From contig CAWELD010000010.1 in the NCBI GenBank assembly GCA_963809895.1, forward strand, positions 1,088,001-1,152,000: a stretch of DNA of 64,000 nucleotides. Direction: 5' to 3'. Made by a program: the position numbers and the translations under genes. The stretch's first letter is position 1; every line of letters begins with the position of its first letter. A model generated the notes under the pieces. It saw nothing but the letters and a program-made list of their open reading frames with translations. It was not told the origin of the DNA and searched no databases. Of the stretch, positions 52,325-60,036 are shown piece by piece. This DNA comes from an uncultured Gemmatimonadales bacterium. Its GTDB lineage: Bacteria > Gemmatimonadota > Gemmatimonadetes > Longimicrobiales > Gaopeijiaceae.

Positions 52325-53778
52325 CCGCCCGGTACTCCTCCGCGGTGGCAGAGAATGCAACCGGCGTAGGCGCGCTCGCTGAAGCGGCTGGGATCGAAAT
52401 CCGGTCCGTGAGGGTTCACCCGCCATCCCCCCACGGCCGAATGACACTGGGCACAGTCGCCCTGCGCGTGGCAGGAGGCGCAGTTCTCGAGGCCGCGGCG
52501 CGCGGCCTGCCCGTGCGCCAGCAGCCAGAAGGGTTCGGCGTTGTGGAAACCGGCTTGCAGCGGCCCGGCGACCGAGACGCCGGCGCTGACGTGGCAACTT
52601 CGGCAGAAGAGCTCGCGGTTGTGGCAGGACGTGCAGTCCGTCTCGGCCCCATAGGCACGGGCGCCGTGGAACTCCCGGAAGTTCAAGGGATGGAACGAGG
52701 GAGTCTCCATGCCGGCGTGGCAGGTCGTGCAGAAGTCCTGCTCGTGGCAGGATGCGCACACGTCCGTTCCGGTGGCCGCATCGGCGGCGTGACCGGTGGC
52801 GAAGCCCGGCCGATGGACGCCGCTGCGGACGCCGTCGCCCAGGACCACACCCGGCGCCCTGTCGGGGGCGGCCACGGGAAGCCCGCGCAGCAGTCCCCGT
52901 GGGTCCGACCCGTGGCAGGTGGCGCAACTGTTCCGGGTGTGGCAGGTGGCGCAACTCGCGCCGTTCGTGCGGGCTTCGCCGCCATGCTGCCATTGCCAGG
53001 CATCGGCAGCGTGCGACGACGGAATCGGGTACCGTGGCGCCTCGCCCTCCACCAGCTCCGCCACCCGGGCATCGGGAGTCAGCGCCTGAACCGGGGGGAG
53101 GGAAGACGCGTTCACGTGGCAACGAGCGCAGCTCTCGCGTGCGTGGCAGACGGCGCATTGCGAGGCCACCGTGGCCACGTCGACCCCGTGCTTCCGCAGG
53201 AAATCGTCCGCAGCGTGAGTGTCGGGGCGCGGGAAGTCCCGGATCCGTCCCGGAGAAAGATCGCTGTCCGTCAGGGCCACGTGGCACAGGGTGCATTCTG
53301 CGCCGGAAGACGGATGATCCAGCGATTGGTGGGCGTGGCACGAGGTGCACGCCGCCGGCTCCGCTCTCTGCACATCCATGCGACCTGTGGAGCCGGGCCG
53401 CTGGTGACAGGCGAGACAGTCCACCGGGCCGGTGCCGGAGCCTACCCGGTCGGCGTGGTCGGCATGGGAGAACCGGAGATTCGATGCCGGCGTCCGGTGT
53501 TCGGTCCAGGCGACCCGGCGGAGTCGATCGCCGTCGTGGCAGGCGGCGCATTGCTCGGGCTCGGGAAAGGTCGGGTCGGGATCTCCGGTGACCATCCCGC
53601 CGTGGCATCCCAGGCAGGTGGGAAAGAGCCCCTCGTGTCGAGCGTGAGGGAAGCTGGCCTGGCGTGGTTGTTGGGCCAGAGCGGATGTGCCCAGGCCCAG
53701 CAACAGCAGCAGAAGGGGGCCGAGGAAGCCCCTGAATCGTTTCGGGGCGGATCCATGACGCGAGAGCTGCGGGTTCAC
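52321..53778 (-). CDS. periplasmic 16-heme cytochrome c
   Basis: Signal peptide ALA-Q; 16 CXXCH counted, ten of them in five closely paired units. Confidence 0.92.
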   Translation of the reverse strand: MNPQLSRHGSAPKRFRGFLGPLLLLLLGLGTSALAQQPRQASFPHARHEGLFPTCLGCHGGMVTGDPDPTFPEPEQCAACHDGDRLRRVAWTEHRTPASNLRFSHADHADRVGSGTGPVDCLACHQRPGSTGRMDVQRAEPAACTSCHAHQSLDHPSSGAECTLCHVALTDSDLSPGRIRDFPRPDTHAADDFLRKHGVDVATVASQCAVCHARESCARCHVNASSLPPVQALTPDARVAELVEGEAPRYPIPSSHAADAWQWQHGGEARTNGASCATCHTRNSCATCHGSDPRGLLRGLPVAAPDRAPGVVLGDGVRSGVHRPGFATGHAADAATGTDVCASCHEQDFCTTCHAGMETPSFHPLNFREFHGARAYGAETDCTSCHNRELFCRSCHVSAGVSVAGPLQAGFHNAEPFWLLAHGQAARRGLENCASCHAQGDCAQCHSAVGGWRVNPHGPDFDPSRFSERAYAGCILCHRGGVPGG

Positions 53779-55262
53779 GATGTCCCTCCCTCACGGGTTG
53801 CCAGACCGGGCTCCGGTCCCAGCGTCCACTCCAGCCGGAGCGTCCCGCGGATCTGATTCCAGTCCACGGTGGAGGCTTCCGAGCCTCCCAGGTGCCGGTA
53901 GCCGGCCAGGGAGCCGGACACCCGGGTACGTCCTCCGAGTCGGTGCGAGGCGTCCAGGGCCAGGCCCAGCACGCTGCCGTCGTCCACGCGGAAGCCGTCG
54001 ATCCCCCGGAAGGCGGTGACACTGCCCCCCAGCCAGCCGTCCCCGAGCGCGCGGCGGAGTGTCACGGTGCCCTCCTCCAGGCCGGCACCCAGCCCTACGT
54101 CGGCGTGATATCCACCCTGGAGGGTCCACGCGGTGGCCAGGGCGCCGCCGGCGCCGAGGCCCACCCGCCACCCGCTGGACCGCACGGGGAGGAACGAGAC
54201 GTCGGAGGTGGTCTCGGCATACGAGCGCCAGGCCGCCTGCGCGTCTGCGTGGATGGAGCTTCCTCTACGGCGCCACGATGCCGAGAGTCCACCCTCCCGG
54301 AATCCCACCGGCGTGAAGGCCCCCCAGATGGTCCAGAGCTCGAAGAAGGGGCTGTAGCGACGGGCGAAGGCGCCCACGATCAGGTCCGACCGGGCCTGCA
54401 CGTCGACGTCCAGGCGGGCCTCGTTCACCGTTCGGCTCACCAGATCCACCTCCAGCGATCCACGGGCGCTCGCACGACCTCGACGGGCGGAGACATCCAG
54501 GGCACCGCGCTCCGAATACAGGGCGGCTCGGTCGGCGCGGATCTCGCGCTGATAGAGCGCTGAAACTCCGAGAGTCGGGGAGGGCCGATAGCGGACCTCG
54601 GCTCCCACGAGCACCCCGCGGCTGTCCGGCGCAAAGGGCTCGATGGCCGCCAGGGCGTCGCTGGTGACGGGCTCGTTCGTGCCGCGGGCGAGACTCCATC
54701 CGCCGAACAACTCCAGATCCAGCCCTGGTACGGACCGCACGAGCACCGACGCGCCATCGAAGTTGTAGTAGCCCAGACCGGAGACCTTCCAGTTGCGGCC
54801 GGCCCGGATCCGGTAGCGCTCGCGATCGAGCTCGACATAGGCGACCAGCGCGTCGAACGCATCGTTGGCGTGGGGCCACAGCGTCTCGTCCGTGCCCAGT
54901 GCCGAGCGGGCCCGGAGCCTGGCGTAGACGCGGAGTCCCCGACCGAACCCCCACGCGCTCACCGTGAGGTCCTGTACGGTGGGCAGGCCCCGCTCCGTGC
55001 CCCCGGCCCGGTAGAACTGACAGAAGTCCCGTCCCAGGAGACAGCGCACGAGCTGTCCGTCCGCACTTCGCCTCAGCAAGCCCTCGCCCGAGGTCTCGGA
55101 GAGGGCGACGCTGTCCTCGACCAGGGGCTTGATCTCCAGGTACCGCACGCTGGTGATGCCCGAGATCCGCACCTGCTGGGCCGTGGCCGGTGCCGCGACG
55201 AGCGTTGCGACGGCGAGCCCGACCCCGAATCCCGCGGCTCGAGCCAGGGTGCGGCGCCTCAT
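53775..55262 (-). CDS. putative outer-membrane beta-barrel (porin) of the cytochrome cluster
   Basis: Signal peptide ATA-Q; no hemes; many amphipathic beta strands ending GTLRLEWTL; 4-bp overlaps with both cytochrome neighbours. Confidence 0.72.
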   Translation of the reverse strand: MRRRTLARAAGFGVGLAVATLVAAPATAQQVRISGITSVRYLEIKPLVEDSVALSETSGEGLLRRSADGQLVRCLLGRDFCQFYRAGGTERGLPTVQDLTVSAWGFGRGLRVYARLRARSALGTDETLWPHANDAFDALVAYVELDRERYRIRAGRNWKVSGLGYYNFDGASVLVRSVPGLDLELFGGWSLARGTNEPVTSDALAAIEPFAPDSRGVLVGAEVRYRPSPTLGVSALYQREIRADRAALYSERGALDVSARRGRASARGSLEVDLVSRTVNEARLDVDVQARSDLIVGAFARRYSPFFELWTIWGAFTPVGFREGGLSASWRRRGSSIHADAQAAWRSYAETTSDVSFLPVRSSGWRVGLGAGGALATAWTLQGGYHADVGLGAGLEEGTVTLRRALGDGWLGGSVTAFRGIDGFRVDDGSVLGLALDASHRLGGRTRVSGSLAGYRHLGGSEASTVDWNQIRGTLRLEWTLGPEPGLATREGGTS

Positions 55263-56107
55263 CGGGAGCTCCCCGCCCCGGCCGCGCGACCGCCACCCGG
55301 GCGACCGGTGAAGTGACAGGTGGTGCATTCCTTCGGCGCCTCGTGCTCTCGCCGGTCGTCGTGGCATACCAGGCAGACCGCCCGGGTCTCGGGGAGCGCA
55401 AGGATCTCTGGATCGTCATGACACGATGATCCACCACACCCCAGATGGGCGCTCGTCTGGTGCAGGGCCCTGGGCGGCTCGTGGCATTCCAGGCACCGGG
55501 CCGTAGCCGTGTGATGCCGGTCGTGGCAGGACGCACAGGTGCGCCCGACGGGGTTGTGGACGCCGCCCTCGTGGCAGGCTCCGCAGTCCAGAGATCCGTG
55601 CCAGTCGTGGCGAAAGTCCAGCGTCCGCTCTCGGACCGGGGTCGCAGAGGAGAGCTGCAGCGCCACCTGGACCGGTATCGATGCCGTGGGCCCGGAACCG
55701 TGGCAACGGGCGCAGCCCTGCTCCGCTGCGGGACCGTGGTGGCACGAAAGGCAGTCGTCCCGGGAGCGGATGGGCAGCGTGCCGTACGCCTCCGGCGTGC
55801 CGTGGCAGTCGGTGCATTCCACCCCCTGGTGCGTGACGTGCCCGGGAACCCGCACGTGGCAGGTGGCACATCGGATGGCGCGATGCTCACCGTGAGGGAA
55901 GGCGCTGGTGACGACCACCGGCGACGACGGCGTGGTGTCGACGGTCGAACGTGTGCCGTCGGTTTGCGAGCCGGCCTCCACGACGGGTGTCAGCTCCGGG
56001 GCTCCCACCGCCGGCGCGTCCTGCTCGCCGCCACACGACGGCAGGGTGAGCAGGGCGAGCAGAAGGAGGAGCCCTCCTGCTCGCCCGGTGCCTTCGATTC
56101 GGGTCAC
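55259..56107 (-). CDS. multiheme cytochrome c lipoprotein (9 CXXCH plus 1 CX4CH)
   Basis: Lipobox LPSC, Pro/Thr linker, FPH..H and F.H..H c3/c7-like motifs. Confidence 0.9.
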   Translation of the reverse strand: MTRIEGTGRAGGLLLLLALLTLPSCGGEQDAPAVGAPELTPVVEAGSQTDGTRSTVDTTPSSPVVVTSAFPHGEHRAIRCATCHVRVPGHVTHQGVECTDCHGTPEAYGTLPIRSRDDCLSCHHGPAAEQGCARCHGSGPTASIPVQVALQLSSATPVRERTLDFRHDWHGSLDCGACHEGGVHNPVGRTCASCHDRHHTATARCLECHEPPRALHQTSAHLGCGGSSCHDDPEILALPETRAVCLVCHDDRREHEAPKECTTCHFTGRPGGGRAAGAGSSR

Positions 56108-57546
56108 CGCACCAGCCCGGGCGGTGCCTGCAACTGGGGCGCCAGGCTCACGCCGGAGACCGCCTGGAGTCCGTAGTCCTCCTGGACCTGAGCGATGCTC
56201 GCCGTCAGGAGGGCCTCGGTGAGGAACGGGTTGTGGATGGCCGAGCTGGTGATCGCACCCAGCCCAGCGTTGAACTTGGCACCTTCGGCCGTGGTGTAGA
56301 CGCCATCGGTCGTGTCGAACTCGGTGGAGGGCACCAGGTCCAACAGGGCGTCCAGATCGTCCACCAGCTCCTTGATACGGCTGGTGGCGACGAGGTAGGC
56401 CGAGCGGGCGGCCTCCTCAGCGCCGTGGCAGCCGCTGGCCGTGCAGGCGGCGAAGCTCCGCTCCGTCAACGCGCAGTCGTCGTTCGCCGTGGGGATCCCT
56501 TGTTCGTCCAGGCAGGGAATGGGCTTGAAAAGGTGCCCTGAAGCGTTGAACACGAACGCGCCCGTCGCGGCATCGGTGACTTCCAGGCGATGAACGTGGC
56601 AGGTGGCGCACAGGCGAGGATTCCGCTCCGTGCCGTGGGTGCCGACGATCGAACCGTTCTCGTATTGGAAGTTCGGTGGCCTCCAGCCGACATCCTCACC
56701 CAGGAGAAGCGGTCCCTGGGGCGAGTGGGGCCCGCGGGAACTCGTGGGATCGGGCTCCGCGCGCCGGTGGTGGCACTTCATGCACAGGTTCACCTCGACG
56801 TTGGGCACGTCGATGGGATAGCGGAGCTGGCCCTCGTTGGTGGCGTCGTGGGGATCGTGGCAGACGGCGCACGTGATCCCGATAGGTTCACCGCCGTCGT
56901 CCTTCTCGATGAACTCGGCCTTGATGCCCCACGCCTTGAAGACGCCCCGTGCCTCGTGGCAGGGTCCGCACGATTCCGTTTCGCGTGGATGCGCACTTCC
57001 GGCGTCCCCGTGACGAGATTGCGACCACTCCTCCACGAAGGGGTTGTGAACGCCCTGATGGCACTCGCCGCAGCCGCTGGTCAGCCCCACACCCACGACG
57101 ATCGAGGCCAGCGGTTGTGACGCATCGGGATTGGTCACGTGTTCGAGCCCCGGGCCGTGACAATTCTCGCACTGCACGTCGGTGTAACGGGCGTCGGCGG
57201 TCGCCGTGAACCCGACCTGGGTGTCCGTCACCCAGTTGCCGTTCGCGCTCACCGAGTGGCAGGGTTCGCAGCTGTCGGAGGCGTGGCCACTCTCCTGCAG
57301 GTCGTTCCACGCCCCGGCGTGGGCCGTCTGTTGCCACTCCGAGTTCTGCCCGACGTGGCAGTTCCCACACACGGGCAGCCCTTGCTCGATGTTGCTGTAC
57401 CCCAGGAAGCCCTGGGCCGCGGTGGGTGGATCCTCGAAGAGTTTCCGCTCGACGAGCACGGTCTCGGTGTCGACACACGAAAGGAGTGTGAGCACGACCG
57501 TGGAGAACAGGGACCAGCGGAGTACTGCGTACGAGCGAGCGTTCAT
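56104..57546 (-). CDS. multiheme cytochrome c lipoprotein (8 CXXCH plus 1 CX4CH)
   Basis: Lipobox LLSC; c554-like start CGNCH...W..TAHA; CAVCHDPH; C-terminal HNPF; GGGAGG RBS. Confidence 0.9.
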   Translation of the reverse strand: MNARSYAVLRWSLFSTVVLTLLSCVDTETVLVERKLFEDPPTAAQGFLGYSNIEQGLPVCGNCHVGQNSEWQQTAHAGAWNDLQESGHASDSCEPCHSVSANGNWVTDTQVGFTATADARYTDVQCENCHGPGLEHVTNPDASQPLASIVVGVGLTSGCGECHQGVHNPFVEEWSQSRHGDAGSAHPRETESCGPCHEARGVFKAWGIKAEFIEKDDGGEPIGITCAVCHDPHDATNEGQLRYPIDVPNVEVNLCMKCHHRRAEPDPTSSRGPHSPQGPLLLGEDVGWRPPNFQYENGSIVGTHGTERNPRLCATCHVHRLEVTDAATGAFVFNASGHLFKPIPCLDEQGIPTANDDCALTERSFAACTASGCHGAEEAARSAYLVATSRIKELVDDLDALLDLVPSTEFDTTDGVYTTAEGAKFNAGLGAITSSAIHNPFLTEALLTASIAQVQEDYGLQAVSGVSLAPQLQAPPGLVR

Positions 57547-57784
57547 TCGAGGCCTCCCGTCTGTTGACCCATGTCCTCCTCATGGAGGACGTTCGGGGAC
57601 GGTCGGAGTGCGGATGCTCATGTCCGGCACGGGAGGGACGGGTACCGGAACCGCACGTCCGACGGGGGCGTCCGGGAAAGCGAGTCGCCGGAGCTGCCCA
57701 GGTGTCCGCTGGCCGGTCCACGCGTGGTCCACGGATGCTGCGCTCTGCACGTCACCCTTGGACTCAGAGCGGAATCGGCATAGC

Positions 57785-57854
57785 TTCAAGTTGAAACGGA
57801 TCCGTTTCCTACGCGTGCCTTCGATCGTTACCGGTGCGTTACCGCACCGTTTGA
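57785..57854. promoter_or_regulatory. divergent control region: 16-bp palindrome and 11-bp-periodic direct repeats
   Basis: GAAACGGATCCGTTTC at 57793-57808; CGTTACCG at 57826 and 57837, CGTT at 57848. Confidence 0.6.
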
Positions 57855-57888
57855 ATAGCCGAGACCCTCCCGGTCCGGCGAGGTCGAC

Positions 57889-59076
57889 ATGATCGAGTTG
57901 CGCACGCTCGGATCGCTGGCATTGGCCGGCGACGTGGAGCAGGACCCGGCCAGGGTCTTGTCGAGGGCGAAATGCATCGCCCTGCTCAGCTACCTGGCGG
58001 CGGCCACGCCGGTGGGCTTTCACCGCCGCGACAAGCTGGTGTCCATCTTCTGGCCCGAAGCCGATGAGCGTCACGCTCGGGCATCCTTGCGGAAGGCCAT
58101 CTACGGGTTGCGGCGCTGTCTCGGCGCCGATCTGGTCGTGGGGCGGGGGGCCGAGGAGCTGGCGCTGGACGCCACTCGCCTGTGGTGCGATGCCGTGGCT
58201 TTCCACAGCGCGGCCGAGGCCGGCCGGAACGAGGAAGTGATGAGGCTCTACGGCGGGGATTTTCTCGACGGCCTCCACGTGTCCGGGGCCCCGGAGTTCT
58301 CGCACTGGGCCGAGCTCGAGCGCGACCTTCTCCGTCGGCGAGCGGCACGCTCCGCCTGGCAACTCGCCGAGGTGGCCGAGGAACAGGACGATCCCCGGGC
58401 CGCCATCCGGTGGGCGCGCCGGTGCATGAACCTCCTTCCGTACGACGAGGGATGCTTGCGGCGCCTCCTGCGTCTCTATGATCGGTACGGCGAGAGAGCC
58501 GCGGGCCTGCAGGCCTTCGAGAGGTTCGAGAAGAGGCTGGCGGAGGACCTCGACCTGCGGCCCTCGGCGGAGGCTCTCTCCCTCGTCCGCTCCCTCCGGT
58601 CGCGCGGTGGAAGCGCCGGTCCGTCGTCGGCAAGCCCGGACGAGGCGCGGCTCTCGAGTAGCGACGGCCTGGCTGTCGCGGTGCTTCCCTTCGCATGCCT
58701 GGCCGACGACCCCGAGCAGCGGCAGCTCACGGACGGGCTCCATGAGGAGGTGATGCGCCGACTCGCAGGTCAGCACTGGGCCCGCGTGACGTCACGTACG
58801 TCGGTGATGCGGTTTCGGGATCGGTCTCTGAGTGTGCGCGACATCGCGTCCAGCCTCGGCGTCGGCCTCCTGGTGGAGGGCAGCGTGCGCTTCTGCGAAG
58901 GGCGTGTGCGGGCGTCCGCGGCGGTCATCGACGCCCCTACCGACCGACAGCTCTGGACCGGTACCTATCAGGTCCCCACGTCCGCCTCCTTCACGTGGGA
59001 GCTGGACCTTGCGGCGATGATCGTGCAGGGTCTGGCAACCGTGCTTCACCCCGCGCGGTCATCGGGGTCGAACTGA
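57889..59076 (+). CDS. SARP/BTAD family transcriptional regulator with C-terminal TolB-N-like domain
   Basis: ELRTLG...ALLSYL...RDKL...FWP, CDAVAF, LY.GDFL, PYDE; AVLPF...SRTS...VEGSV. Confidence 0.88.
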   Translation: MIELRTLGSLALAGDVEQDPARVLSRAKCIALLSYLAAATPVGFHRRDKLVSIFWPEADERHARASLRKAIYGLRRCLGADLVVGRGAEELALDATRLWCDAVAFHSAAEAGRNEEVMRLYGGDFLDGLHVSGAPEFSHWAELERDLLRRRAARSAWQLAEVAEEQDDPRAAIRWARRCMNLLPYDEGCLRRLLRLYDRYGERAAGLQAFERFEKRLAEDLDLRPSAEALSLVRSLRSRGGSAGPSSASPDEARLSSSDGLAVAVLPFACLADDPEQRQLTDGLHEEVMRRLAGQHWARVTSRTSVMRFRDRSLSVRDIASSLGVGLLVEGSVRFCEGRVRASAAVIDAPTDRQLWTGTYQVPTSASFTWELDLAAMIVQGLATVLHPARSSGSN

Positions 59077-59106
59077 CACCGGAGCCTCCCGGACGGGGGG
59101 CATGTG

Positions 59107-59135
59107 GTGACGCGTGTGGCCGGTGGTGGTAGGTT
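59107..59135 (+). promoter_or_regulatory. putative menA promoter (extended -10, probably leaderless)
   Basis: GTGACG-17bp-TAGGTT preceded by TG; ATG 7 nt downstream; no RBS. Confidence 0.4.
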
Positions 59136-59142
59136 CCGCGCC

Positions 59143-60036
59143 ATGGAATCTCCCCCGCGACCCTCGGCGTCAGTCTGGTGGCAGGCCGCCCGACCCCGCA
59201 CACTGCCCGCCGCCGCGGCACCGGTGGTGGTCGGCACCGCTCTCGCCGCGTTCCGCGGTGTCCTGGCGCCCCTCCCGGCGCTCGCGGCGCTCGTGGGTGC
59301 CCTTCTGATCCAGATCGCCACCAACCTGGCGAACGACTACTTCGACTTCGTGCGGGGGGCCGACAGCGAGGAGCGGGTGGGGCCGACGCGGGTGACGCAG
59401 GCCGGGTTGATCGCGCCTGCCGCCATCCGACGAGGGATGGTCGTGACGCTCGCCCTCGCCCTGGCGGTGGGAATCTATCTCGTGTGGATCGGCGGCTGGC
59501 CCATCGTCATCATCGGCCTGGCGTCGCTGGCCTGCGCCGTCCTCTACACCGGGGGGCCCTTTCCCCTGGCCTATCACGGGCTCGGCGATCTGTTCGTCTT
59601 CGTTTTCTTCGGCCTGGTGGCGGTGGCGGGCACCTACTACGTGCAGGCGCTGGTCTTTCCCGTCGAGGCCTGGTGGGCCGGCGTCGGGGCGGGGGCGCTC
59701 AGCACGGCCCTGCTGGTGGTGAACAACCTGCGCGATCGTGAGACGGACGCTCGGGCGGGCAAGCGCACCATGGCGGTGCGGCTGGGCCGCGCGGGCACGC
59801 AGGTGGAGTATCTCCTGCTCCTGCTGCTGGCGGTGCTCGTACCCGCGCTCGGCGTGCGGGTCTTCGGCTGGCCCGGCACCGCCACCGCGGCGTGGATCGG
59901 CGTGCTGGCCGCGATCCCCGCGGCCCGCAGGGTGCTGACCTTCGACGATCCCAGGCAGCTGCTTCCGGCGCTGGGACAGACGGCCCGGGCACTCATGGTG
60001 TGGTCGGTGGGCCTGGCGCTGGGGCTGCTGTGGTGA
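59143..60036 (+). CDS. menA: 1,4-dihydroxy-2-naphthoate polyprenyltransferase
   Basis: ARPRTL, NLANDYFD..RGAD, YTGGP, NNLRD..TD..AGKRT. Confidence 0.95.
   Translation: MESPPRPSASVWWQAARPRTLPAAAAPVVVGTALAAFRGVLAPLPALAALVGALLIQIATNLANDYFDFVRGADSEERVGPTRVTQAGLIAPAAIRRGMVVTLALALAVGIYLVWIGGWPIVIIGLASLACAVLYTGGPFPLAYHGLGDLFVFVFFGLVAVAGTYYVQALVFPVEAWWAGVGAGALSTALLVVNNLRDRETDARAGKRTMAVRLGRAGTQVEYLLLLLLAVLVPALGVRVFGWPGTATAAWIGVLAAIPAARRVLTFDDPRQLLPALGQTARALMVWSVGLALGLLW

Noticed and set aside
50966..54022. 1018-aa ORF as one large cytochrome
   Set aside because: The N-terminal 566 aa are an off-frame shadow of the 16-heme and porin genes; the real start is the ATG at 52324
52321..56107. Naming the genes mtrA/mtrB or as alternative complex III (act)
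   Set aside because: Motif spacing differs from MtrA/DmsE, the barrel is shorter than MtrB, and there are no molybdopterin-like or NrfD subunits
56104..57546. Call as NrfA, HAO or octaheme tetrathionate/nitrite reductase
   Set aside because: No CXXCK catalytic motif, and heme count and spacing do not match; left as an unassigned multiheme lipoprotein
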